DNA of 64,000 nt from Parabacteroides goldsteinii. GTDB taxonomy: Bacteria > Bacillota_I > Bacilli_A > RFN20 > CAG-826. The stretch lies in assembly GCA_963632335.1 (NCBI GenBank), contig CAVGUA010000109.1:21982-85981 (forward strand), in the 5' to 3' direction. The position numbers and the translations under genes are program-made. Below, piece after piece: positions 53,579 to 63,264 of this stretch (positions are counted from its first letter, which is position 1; each line of letters opens with the position of its first letter). A model generated the notes under the pieces. The model was not told the DNA's origin. It did not search any database and saw only the letters and a program-made list of their open reading frames with translations.

Positions 53579-53600
53579 AATTCAAAATATATAATTTTTT

Positions 53601-54560
53601 TTATTTTGTTTGAGCCGTGACATCCATTATTGATTGACTAATAGGACCATGAGTTTGTAATCTAACATTTGATTGGTTCTCCATTATTATATGGACTAGC
53701 TCGTTTATAATTTCCATGCAAACATAGTCTGGAAATTCTAATATCTAAGAAGTATCTGTAGTTAAGTCTATTTGTTCTTGCGTTAAAACTATATGCTACG
53801 GAACTCGTATATAATCAACTCGAACATCTACAAGTTCATGAGTACCCTTTTTACCAAAATAAATTTCCATACGAACAGGATTTGGATTGCCTGTCCTGTC
53901 AACCTATTCTTGTGATTCAAATTTCATTAAATTCGTACCACCACCAAGAGTAAATGTTCTGCTTCCGTTTAATGTTTCAGTGTTTGATTTAAAAGCAGAA
54001 TCTCTATAATCCCCTTTATACGGGTCGCCTATTTTATTTTCTTCAAAATAACTAGGTTGCGTAAACTCATCAGATCCGTTTATATAATAATAAGGGCGGT
54101 TTACAGCAGGTTTTGTGTAATAATTCTACATTACCATTGGTAATGTATCTGCGGTTAATCGTTTTGCAGGGTATGATTCGTATGCTTCTTCGTCATCACA
54201 TTGCGCTTTTGCCATTTTTTTAAACGAACATACACAATTTAATATATGTATATAATCAAGCGGCAAAAACACTTCTTTGACTGTACCATAAATACTTTTA
54301 ATTGATTGCCGTTGCCAAGTATCCTCATCGCTTCCAAAATCACTTTTTAAAACTTCATTTGGATCAAGGTGAACGGTTTTTTTGACAGCTCTTAAATTAT
54401 CCGTCGCCTACTGATTCATATCGTAAATATTATAGTGTTTATTTATATACTACGATACGGCTTTGTTAAAAAAATAATTAAAATCCTCTAAAAGTAGGTT
54501 CGGTGCATGTACTTTATTAAGTTCTATAAGAACTGCTTGGTAACAATCTAATGCCGTCAT
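53601..54560 (-). CDS. 319-aa head-module protein, unknown function
   Basis: Absent from the track because it is cut by 8 TAG. The hand-read frame is open from the ATG at 54558-54560 to TAA at 53601-53603. Confidence 0.7.
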
Positions 54561-54571
54561 TTTAATTTATA

Positions 54572-55411
54572 TTATTCCTTTGCAGCTGCATAAAGGTCTG
54601 GATAAGTATCCCTTCTAATCAGCTCCAAAACTTTATTATTCTTTGGATCTTTCATCCAATTTAATACTGCATCTTCAGTTGCTCCAAGCACAATATTGTC
54701 GGCATAAATATACAGCTTGTTTTTAAAATAAATGACCTTTTTATCTCGTGCATCAATAGATAACATACGAAGTGCACTATCAGTGCCAGTGCAAATCTGA
54801 ATTATCTTATCAGGGTCGGATTCAGCAACAGTCATAAGGTAATCTTCAACATCAGTGTCCATAACACCATCCATATGTTTTCCAAGGAGTTTTGCAGTCA
54901 TCAAACGTCCTTCTGCGCCCTTGGGGTCGTCAACAATAAGATTAAGTGCTTTGCGATACTTATCTTTCTTTGACACTCTACGCTGCGCTTCTTCACCTGG
55001 CTTGTCAACATAAAGTTCCGCAATGCCATATCGAGGATTGCGGTTATTCCAGCCCATCGTACCATCAATAAGGCTATTACCATTGTTATCCTTCGCATAT
55101 CGATCGGGCGCAATATAAGGACAATTCTTTATTGCCTCCCATGTCTTACGCTCAACTTCGTCATTTAAATTGAAAGTTTGTCCATCAGTAACTTTTATTA
55201 CGTCATATTCACCAATATAATAGGCTCCACTATTACGTTCTGCATCGGTGAGAATTAAATCGCCACTAGCGTTTCGATGCTTAACGCAATCTGGCCATTT
55301 TCCTGTTTTAGGATCCTTGGCAGGCATAATAAAATACTTTTGTCCAACCTTGCCATATACGCTCCTTAATACAATAACATTGCTTGTTAAATCACTTTTT
55401 TTAGCAACCAT
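54572..55411 (-). CDS. 279-aa abundant-type virion protein, contains no TAG
   Basis: An intact ATG-to-TAA ORF in the track. Higher GC than its surroundings. It sits directly downstream of the putative capsid gene and its terminator. Confidence 0.85.
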   Translation of the reverse strand: MVAKKSDLTSNVIVLRSVYGKVGQKYFIMPAKDPKTGKWPDCVKHRNASGDLILTDAERNSGAYYIGEYDVIKVTDGQTFNLNDEVERKTWEAIKNCPYIAPDRYAKDNNGNSLIDGTMGWNNRNPRYGIAELYVDKPGEEAQRRVSKKDKYRKALNLIVDDPKGAEGRLMTAKLLGKHMDGVMDTDVEDYLMTVAESDPDKIIQICTGTDSALRMLSIDARDKKVIYFKNKLYIYADNIVLGATEDAVLNWMKDPKNNKVLELIRRDTYPDLYAAAKE

Positions 55412-55444
55412 AATACATAAATCATTAAATACTTTATAAAAAAT

Positions 55445-55474
55445 GAGGGAGGTAAGTCGTAGTATGCCTCCCTC
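55445..55474 (-). terminator. Rho-independent terminator after capsid gene
   Basis: GC-rich 8-bp stem gagggagg/cctccctc, then A+T6 on the minus strand. It lies 31 nt past the TAA at 55505. Confidence 0.65.
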
Positions 55475-55504
55475 TTATCTAATATCTTTTATTTTTAAAT
55501 TTTA

Positions 55505-55982
55505 TTAGGATTCACGGATAATGAATGACCTATAAGGGTTGAATACTGCAATACCAGCGTAGCCCCAGTTGATAAGCTTAGAACCTGCAACAGGGCTAGA
55601 AACAACACCGCTGCTGAGACCGTTTTCGCCACCAACGCCAAGATACTTATTCGTAATAAACTCGCCACCCTTTAAGGTGAAGCAAGCAATTGCTGGCTGG
55701 TTCTTGGATTCGTCAGCCGTAAGGTCAATCGCTACCATGTAACCCTTTTCAGAACCGTATTCACGAGTGAGCGCACGGTCAACAGTGAATGAAACCTGAT
55801 TGCCTGCATACTCATATGCGTTATACGTTGCGCCAACCTTAATGTCGCCGCCAGCAGCCTTAGAGTAAAGATAGCAGCCGTCGGTCTTGAAGTTAGCAAG
55901 ATAATCGCCAAGAGTGGTCTGAATATCATTCCAGGCTTTCTGATTGCAAATGAAATGATCAATTTTGTTAATCTTAAATTCT
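55505..55982 (-). CDS. Putative major capsid protein, exon 2 (5' boundary approximate)
   Basis: The frame is open from an in-frame TGA at 55982-55984 down to TAA at 55505-55507. There is no start codon for about 80 codons, so it cannot be translated alone. GC-rich and TAG-free. Confidence 0.6.
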
Positions 55983-57125
55983 CATTTAAGTTCAGACTAT
56001 ATCTTCATCTTATTTTAACGGTTTAATATTTTTTTTGTCTCCTATAAAAAATCTCCATCTAAATCCTCCGCAGCGTTTTTGTAATCCTTTTATTGCTGCT
56101 GTAATATTTGACGGTGTTTTTATTTTATTTCCCCTTGCCGCTTCAGCAATACTTGTGTAAGATTCAATAAAAAAGCCTTCATCATTATATTTAGCCACGG
56201 CTATTCCAGTATGTTCAAAATCAAAATGTCTTTTAAAAGACCAGTAGTAGCCATAAGCCTATTTTGATTTTTTGTTACATACATTACTAATTGCGTCCCT
56301 TGCGGCTGATTGATTTTTAAATTCTTTAGAAGCCTCAGTTATAGATTTCCAAATTTTCAAAAGATTGCCAAGCAAATCAAATTGATAAACAACCTTTTCT
56401 TTTTTTATTACTGGTTCAATATTATCAGTTTTGCCTAAATAATATTTCCACTAAAAATCACCGCAATATTTACTTCTACAGCAAACCGCATTGTAAATGC
56501 CTGTCAACCCCAACTCTTGTTGTGCTTTTTTTATTGATGGCCAAGTTCTTATAAATACTCCATCCAAAGTATATTGAGCAATTTCAATTTCATTAACCCA
56601 ATTCATTGTTATTTTGCCGCCAATAGTTAAGTTATAATTATTGCTTGATTTAACAAATTCTGGCGTTACTAATTCGGCTTCGTATTTATATGCCTCAAGC
56701 ATACCTTCTGTTGTATCAGGAAATATTTTTAAGGTTTGTCGCTTAAAATTAGAATATCCATATTTTAATACCGCAGCAGGAAAACCTCGTGTGTTTTTTT
56801 TTGAATCTTTATGAGTAACTCCACAACCTATATATCCATCAAATATATCAGGATTTGTGTAATGTACTCCAATATAAATTTTACCGTTAATTATATTTGT
56901 TGTTTTATAAACAATATAATTCATAAGATGTTAAACATTTAGTCGTTGAACGTCCCTCCCTTTCGGAGGTCTTCGCTGCTGATTGCCCAATCTTTATGAT
57001 TTTCTAGCATTCACATTCATTATTACTAATCATTGTTGTAGCTCATAAAGCTCTAAGGGGTTTCCAGCAATTTGAATAATTTATTCATACAGCATTCTCA
57101 TGCTGCCCAAGCTATCATATCATTT
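55983..57125 (-). mobile_element. Group-I-like self-splicing intron carrying a homing endonuclease (boundaries +/- ~10 nt)
   Basis: It interrupts the capsid reading frame. About 200 nt of non-coding sequence 5' of the endonuclease gene contains the hairpins CAGCAU-GAGA-AUGCUG and CCUCC-GAAAG-GGAGG. The sequence GCUUG can pair with the exon end CAAGU (candidate P1). The model UU|...G|A restores the frame: 965+478 nt = 481 codons. Confidence 0.55.
56010..56924 (-). CDS. GIY-YIG homing endonuclease with three NUMOD/IENR1-like DNA-binding repeats, 304 aa
   Basis: Fragments 56451 (TAG) and 56010 (TAA) share one frame; the gap was checked. In-frame TAG at 56451 and 56259. Motifs: YIVYKTTNIINGKIYIGVH, FKRQ, YEAELV, NYNLTIGG. 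The repeats are WPSIKKAQQELG, WKSITEASKEF and YTSIAEAARG. Confidence 0.8.
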
Positions 57126-58090
57126 AACTTGTTGCCACGATCATTTGCGGCTTTCTCATTAAGAGTTGCAATTACTGTATTGAACAACTCGATGGTTGGC
57201 TTGCCATTGTATGCGTACTTCGATGCGAAACGCTCTACCTGAGGCAAGAAGCCGTCACCAATATTGATTGGACGACCAGTGTCAGGATCAACAATAGTTG
57301 AACGACCAGTCTTAGGATTAATGTTGGTCTTGTTGAAGAGAAGACCCTGATTACGAGAATCCATGAAGTTGTCAAGAAGGGTCTTCTGTACGTTGTCCAT
57401 CTTATAAATGGTCTCCTTGCCGTCCTGTCCACCGCCAATCTTAATGAATACATCTTCATGTGCCTTATAAAGAGCGGAATAAGAAATGTCATTACGGAAG
57501 GTGGTGATGTAGTTCCTGTGATGCTCAACAGAAGACTGAGCCTTTACATAACCCTCTTCGTGAAGTTCAGGATGAGCATTAGACTAGAAACGAGTAGTCA
57601 TACCCATCTTGCAAGCGTCAAGGTCAAGCTCAACGTCATAAGAATTGTCAACAAGACGAACCTAAACTTCCCAGAAGTTATCAGCCTTACGAATTGGTCG
57701 ACTTACAACCATGCACTGCTGGCGAGATTCATCAATCTTGAAAATATCGTACTTCTCGTAGTAACGCTCCTTGAAGTACATCGTTATTTCGCTTCCATTT
57801 GCACCAGTGTCGGTTACATCAGCCGCAAACTCTACACGCTTAATAAAGTTTGTCTCAATATCCCATTCAAACATCATGCTATCAATAGACTAGAAGCGAT
57901 TTGCCTTCTTAGTGTCCATGTGATATACATTCATAAGGGATTCAGTAAGGAAAGAAGCACTCAAGTTAGGAAACATACGACTCACAACACCAAGCTTGTG
58001 AGGGCGAGTGCCAAGAAACTTGTAAAAGTCCTCATAGGTATAAGTTTCACTCTATGTGGGCCTTACAGTAACGTAATTTGCTACAATCAT
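57126..58090 (-). CDS. Putative major capsid protein, exon 1 (3' boundary approximate)
   Basis: ATG at 58088-58090, four in-frame TAG. The frame runs on into the intron to TGA at 57098. GC-rich with biased codons. It is preceded by an acidic scaffold-like gene. Confidence 0.6.
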
Positions 58091-58108
58091 AATTTATATA
58101 TAAATTAA

Positions 58109-59230
58109 TTAAAACTAATAATCCAGATCATCAATTGTCATATTAGTTGGCTATCCAAGTGGTTTTGATGCATTTTTAGGTGGAACACGTTGCCGAACAA
58201 TTTTTGATGGCTGATTTTGCCTCGCCTCGTTAATGCCAATATTATAACCCTCCTGTTTTGCTGCCATTGTAGCTCGCTGCACCATATTCTGTATATCCTC
58301 AAAAATACTATCTTGATTCAACAGGAACCATGAAGCCTTTACTAGATTTTCAGGATCTTGTAAAGCCTAGCCCAATCCGCTTGCTCCAAGTTCGTTGTGA
58401 CCCAAAATAAATTGTGCAATATCCTCTGCGTCAGACTGAGTGAGTGCAACGTCAAGATTTCCAATTCCATTAAAATTATTAATAGAATCAAGCACACTGT
58501 TCTAAAAGACTTCTAAACGTTGAGCCTCGGCTTGATGAGCAGCCTCATACTATTGAGCCTGTTGTGCTACCTCGTTGTCTGCAAATTGTTGCCGCAAACT
58601 TGCTACTTGTCGCTCGAATACTGAAGGGTTTAATTTTGCGCTGGCCAAAGACGCCTCTGCTTCTTCATCTGTAATGTCAGGTACCTTAGTAATTAAATCG
58701 GCAATATAAACATCATCATCACTAAGACTGGCAAGCCCACCTTCAATTGGCTTTTCTGCGACCTTAGGCTAAATATTCATAACCGCCTAAGCATACTAAT
58801 CAAGGTATTGCGCAGGAGAAAGTCCCTTCTCGCGAATATTATTTAATAATAATATTTCTTGCTAACTCAAGTCCGTCTAAGGATCTTTATGTGCATCTTC
58901 CAAAATATTGTACTGCTCTTCAGCGGTTAAGTCATTCCATTTTTTTTGAGTTACCAGCCCATTTGGGTCTTGAAACTTAATGCTTTCAGTTTTTATACCA
59001 TTGTTTTCCAGGTAGGTTTGTACAATATCTTTTTCATTTTCAGAATCGCTACTATCATTAGCATACGATTCTTCTTCGGTATTCGTGTATTGATTACGTT
59101 CATCTTCGATAATCTAAGAACTATCAATCCACGGCTTTACTTCTTCACCGCCCGTGTAATCATCTAAGCTTGAATCGTCAAAATTAAAATCAAGCTTACT
59201 TTCATCACCAAGCTTTGTTTCGTCAATCAT
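58109..59230 (-). CDS. 373-aa acidic, Gln/Glu-rich scaffold-like protein
   Basis: Absent from the track because it is cut by about 14 TAG. The hand-read frame is open from the ATG at 59228-59230 to TAA at 58109-58111. It lies directly upstream of the capsid gene. Confidence 0.65.
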
Positions 59231-59276
59231 ATTACATTATCATTTAAACTTTATAGATACATCTCTATAAAGCGTA

Positions 59277-59471
59277 TTATATTTTGTAGTTTATAATATT
59301 TACATGTTCAAAACGCAATGTGTCATCATCTTTTTTAATTTCAATAGAAGCAGCTTCGTTTAAAATAGAAGATAATGTTTCCCCATTGTCATTATATACA
59401 TATTTTGCGTTTGTCCCAATAGGGCGAACCTCTCCATCGATTTCAACCCTTGTTATTACCTTGTCAGCCAT
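59277..59471 (-). CDS. 64-aa hypothetical protein
   Basis: Intact ATG-to-TAA ORF. Its ATG overlaps the upstream TAA (TAATG). Confidence 0.6.
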   Translation of the reverse strand: MADKVITRVEIDGEVRPIGTNAKYVYNDNGETLSSILNEAASIEIKKDDDTLRFEHVNIINYKI

Positions 59472-59755
59472 TAATATTTGTTTAAGCGTAATCCGTATTC
59501 ATGCTTACTAATAGCATCTTTAGTGTATTTCTATAACTCATTAGCACTGATAAAATTTGCGTCCGATTTAGGTGTTAATGTCAAGCTTATTAAAGTGCTA
59601 TAATCATCATTTTTTTTATAATTAGTATTATAAGTATGTACCATATCTTTACCTACATAATAATTCTTTATTGGTAAATCCTGATATTCTACATTAGTAT
59701 AAATTTCATGATTTGGTATACCTATATAAATACCATTTATAATATTCCTAAACAT
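59471..59755 (-). CDS. 94-aa hypothetical protein
   Basis: Fragment 59531..59755 was read through TAG to TAA at 59471-59473. Confidence 0.6.
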
Positions 59756-60024
59756 TACCAGCCGTATTGCAACTCACCATCATCGGTAAGTTCTACACCA
59801 TTAACAAGTTCTGGATTCCATCCTGGAAATAAAAGTGTATCTATCCAATCCGTCTATCCACAAGGAAGGATTCTTGCGCTGACATAGCGAGGAACGCTTG
59901 TTCTTGAAACGGAAATATTTTTTATTAAAAATGCTGTTGGAGATTCAAATTTTTTTGACGGTATATTCTAAACATGCCCAACTTGAATGCTGGCTACTTG
60001 ACCGTCTCTATTCGTTATATTCAT
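59755..60024 (-). CDS. 89-aa hypothetical protein
   Basis: The ATG at 60022-60024 forms an ATGA overlap with the upstream TGA. Two in-frame TAG. TAA at 59755-59757 overlaps the next ATG. Confidence 0.55.
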
Positions 60025-60299
60025 TTTTTGTATTTTTCAAGTTCATCAAGAAACCACGTCAATTTGGTTTCGCCAATCGTCTTTTTCCCAACAGGTAATT
60101 CTCCATTATTTATTTTTCTATCAAAAGTTCGCTCGGAAATGTTAAGCCTTTCAGCGGCATCTTTCTTTGTTAATTTTATATGAGCAATATTTGATATTAA
60201 TTGCAAAGCATCTTCTTCAGATAATTCACAAGTACCTGTTCGTATCTTAGAAGCGTAATCATCTAAGATATTTGCTATTATACTCTTCAAACTTAACAT
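60021..60299 (-). CDS. 92-aa helix-turn-helix DNA-binding protein
   Basis: Intact ORF with a TGA stop. The HTH-like segment is LTKKDAAERLNISERTFDRKINNGELP. Confidence 0.65.
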   Translation of the reverse strand: MLSLKSIIANILDDYASKIRTGTCELSEEDALQLISNIAHIKLTKKDAAERLNISERTFDRKINNGELPVGKKTIGETKLTWFLDELEKYKK

Positions 60300-60338
60300 T
60301 ATTAAAAAAATAAAAAAACAATTTTACAAAATAAAAAT

Positions 60339-60366
60339 ACGGAGGTTAATTCACATTAACCTCCGT
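60339..60366 (-). terminator. Rho-independent terminator
   Basis: 11-bp stem acggaggttaa/ttaacctccgt with a 6-nt loop. T-rich tail on the minus strand. It lies 24 nt past the TAA at 60390. Confidence 0.7.
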
Positions 60367-60389
60367 TCAAATATAATTTTTGTAGGATT

Positions 60390-60782
60390 TTAATCAAATA
60401 AATTTAATGAATTACAATAATCAAATATTATCTGATTAATTGCACCTATTAAATAACACACTTGCTCACTGTCGGCTTTTATTTTGTAAACATCAGCAAT
60501 ATGCTATTGCAAATGTCTAGATTCGTGTGCTATTGTATTTATAAGTTGTGATTTTGTGTCATGCATTCCAATCACCATCACACTTTGCCGCTAAAATAAA
60601 TTTGAATACGTAAAACCCACATTATGAGATTCTTGTTTCATAAGCTGATAAGCGTTGAAGGTTTGTATTTTATTACAATGCAACTTCCATAATTGTTCTA
60701 TTATTTCTCCAATGTGGTATGTATCCAACGCAATAAATAGGTGTATTTCCCATTGTTCAATATTAAATTCATATTTTATCAC
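60390..60782 (-). CDS. 130-aa protein with HExxH motif (possible mini zinc-metallopeptidase)
   Basis: The GTG start at 60780-60782 overlaps the upstream TGA (GTGA). Two in-frame TAG, TAA at 60390-60392. The motif is ...NTIAHESRHLQQH... Confidence 0.5.
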
Positions 60783-61195
60783 AACATTTCAGACCAATCG
60801 ATTGGCGTTCCATTACAAACACATGTTGCATAAAAACGAGTAAATACCAATCCTTCGCAAGCGTCTTGATCGTCAATGACATCTTTAATATATAAAGCTA
60901 TCTACTCTTCTGTTTTTATTGAAGAACCTAGAAAATCCGCCTTTACCATAGATGCAATATAAACATAATCATATAGCTCGTTATTTTCAAGTGTAATTTT
61001 GAATTTATTTAATAACTAATCTACTTGCTCTTTTGTGTATGGTGTTATTTTCTAAAGTTGCCCTGCACTATCACGCTTTTTCATTTTACCAACAGCAAAC
61101 TAATAAAGTTTGTTGTTAAAATGTTTGCCATAATGTTTTAAATAATTCAACATATCAGGAGGCAAAACATCATAAACATCTAAACTATTACGCAT
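60779..61195 (-). CDS. 138-aa hypothetical protein
   Basis: Absent from the track because it is cut by four TAG. Open from the ATG at 61193-61195 to TGA at 60779-60781. Confidence 0.6.
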
Positions 61196-61199
61196 AACA

Positions 61200-61415
61200 T
61201 TAATAATCATATCGTCCACCACGACCTTTCTTTATAGACCAGTCGTAGTCTTCGCCGTTTTCTTGCATATAATATTTATCCCTATTTCTAAAGCCACTTC
61301 TAACCGATGTTTCGTCGTTTAGTTTTTCCATAATTTTTTTACCGCAACTAACAATTTTATTAACCCAATTTGATAATTCTTCGTAATTGTCTTCTTCTAT
61401 TGTATAAACTTTCAT
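61200..61415 (-). CDS. 71-aa hypothetical protein
   Basis: Intact ATG-to-TAA ORF in the track. Confidence 0.6.
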   Translation of the reverse strand: MKVYTIEEDNYEELSNWVNKIVSCGKKIMEKLNDETSVRSGFRNRDKYYMQENGEDYDWSIKKGRGGRYDY

Positions 61416-61416
61416 T

Positions 61417-61893
61417 TTATTTTAATTTTTGCGAGAGTATTGAACATATATCATCAAGTTTTGTTTCTATACCTCCTATTTTACTCTCAAGATTATTTAT
61501 TTTATCTTCCTGATCTTTTTGTTTCGCTAATTCAGGATTTAACTATCTTAATATCTATTCTCCTGTTTCTAACACTGACTAATGATATGGTATACTATTT
61601 AAAATTTGCTAGCTATTATTAATCATATTATTAACTTCCTGTATAATTATATCTTTCGAATCACTTATAATGGTTTTGCCATTATCGTAATTAGCAATAC
61701 TTAGCTATCCAGGTAATTGTTTGAAATCAGTTACAACATCATCTATTTTAACTTGTATATCTATCGTCTAAGGCAAATAGTTATTAAAGCCAGTTGACGA
61801 TACAACATTAGAAACAGTTTTTATACTTAAAGCTGGTGGCTCGTCTTTTTGTAGTATATATACTATAGAGCCTGCTCTTAAATTCTAAAACAT
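61417..61893 (-). CDS. 158-aa hypothetical protein with C-terminal coiled coil
   Basis: Absent from the track because it is cut by seven TAG. The ATG at 61891-61893 overlaps the upstream TAA. TAA at 61417-61419. Confidence 0.6.
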
Positions 61894-62201
61894 TAAATAA
61901 TTAGACTAAGTGTATTAGTATGTTTATTAAACAAAACAATGTGTAATCCTATAGTTACTGACGTTAACGTCATTCCTGTAGAACTAGTTAAAGTTTGCGT
62001 CTAGCCATTGTTTGTCTAAAAACTTATACTAGTGGCAGAAGTTGTCGCTGAATCTAAATTAACAACTACAAGACCAGCATTCCCAATGAACCTAAAAGTA
62101 TGGTTTGGTATTGTATACACAGCAACAGTAGAATCAGTTCCTGCCGTTGTTAACGTAGCGTCAATTAATGGAATACCATTTCTATTTCCAATGTAATTCA
62201 T
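61893..62201 (-). CDS. 102-aa Thr/Ser-rich hypothetical protein
   Basis: The ATG at 62199-62201 is 2 nt after the upstream TGA. Two in-frame TAG, TAA at 61893-61895. Confidence 0.6.
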
Positions 62202-62203
62202 AA

Positions 62204-63130
62204 TCAGTTCCAAAATGAATTATTATATCCATATCCAACATATTGGCTCATTGGAACGCCTATAAGATTTGGATAAGTCACAGTGGCAGTTGCAGGTTGT
62301 GCAGCTTTTATCGCATTAAGTTCCTGTTGTAAAGGGCTAATCATTGCTTGAATCGCCTAATTCTACTATTCTTGTGAAATTTGGTTTTGCAATTGAGTTC
62401 GCTATTCTTGTAGATCATTTATCTTGTCCTGTAAAGCATTAGCTTGCATCTAATCGAGCTTGGCTATAATATTTGTTGTCTAATTAACAGTTGCGTCTTT
62501 TATACTCTACACTCCAAGATTTACAGTATTTTGTATTGCGCATGTTTGAGCTTGAGATTCATAAGCATTTGAACTAAAACCACGTTCAAGACCAGTATTA
62601 ACTGTATTTATTGCAGACTATAATGTACTTGTTTGGTTTGCTATAGCAAGTCTGTTTTCACAACAGCAGGATGCTATCTGTTGTCCAAGTGCGGTATTGC
62701 CAGACTGAACCGCATTTATTGTCTGCAAACTAGACATACCAACCTGATTACCAACGTTCTATATAGCAGACATTTCACTGTTTATTGCAGATTTAACAGA
62801 ATTAATATCACAATTAAGCTATGTGGCTAATGAATTAATTGCCTGCTGATTACCTTGTATTGCGCTCATTAATAATTCTCTACCAGTGTCATTGTTTGCT
62901 AAATTAGCAAGATAACCAGTTCCGTCATTACCATTATTGCCCCAACTACCAAACCCTCCGTTACGCATAAGAGGATAAAGAAAAAATAAAAAGATGATCC
63001 ACATCCAATTGCCATTACCCCCAAAACCTCCGTTGTTATTCAATGCCATTAACAAGGCTGGATCAATTGAATTGTTTCCTCCAGATGCGCCAGCTTCTGG
63101 AAAAGTAAAAATTTTTGTACCGTCACTCAT
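62204..63130 (-). CDS. 308-aa membrane-anchored Gly/Asn-rich, Gln-rich coiled-coil protein
   Basis: Fragment 62819..63130 was read through about 13 TAG to TAA/TGA-free end at TGA 62204-62206. The transmembrane-like stretch is WMWIIFLFFLYPLM. The C-terminal two thirds are Q/N-rich heptad-like sequence. Confidence 0.7.
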
Positions 63131-63207
63131 GTTTTAATTAATTTGAATGTTATAATCAAATTTAATTTGAACCATGTTTTTGTCAATATTATAGACAATA
63201 AAAAGTT

Positions 63208-63239
63208 AACCCCTGCAATCTCAATTGATTACAGGGGTT
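63208..63239 (-). terminator. Rho-independent terminator
   Basis: 13-bp stem aacccctgcaatc/gattacaggggtt. The one mismatch is a G.U wobble only in the minus-strand RNA. AACUUUUUAUU follows. Confidence 0.65.
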
Positions 63240-63264
63240 TATTATGTTGACATTTTAATTTTTA

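Noticed and set aside
55732-55962. Minus-strand 76-aa ORF overlapping capsid exon 2, plus 57235..57528 and 54901..55113.
   Set aside because: They are out of frame with the GC-rich coding frame and have basic or hydrophobic junk-like composition.
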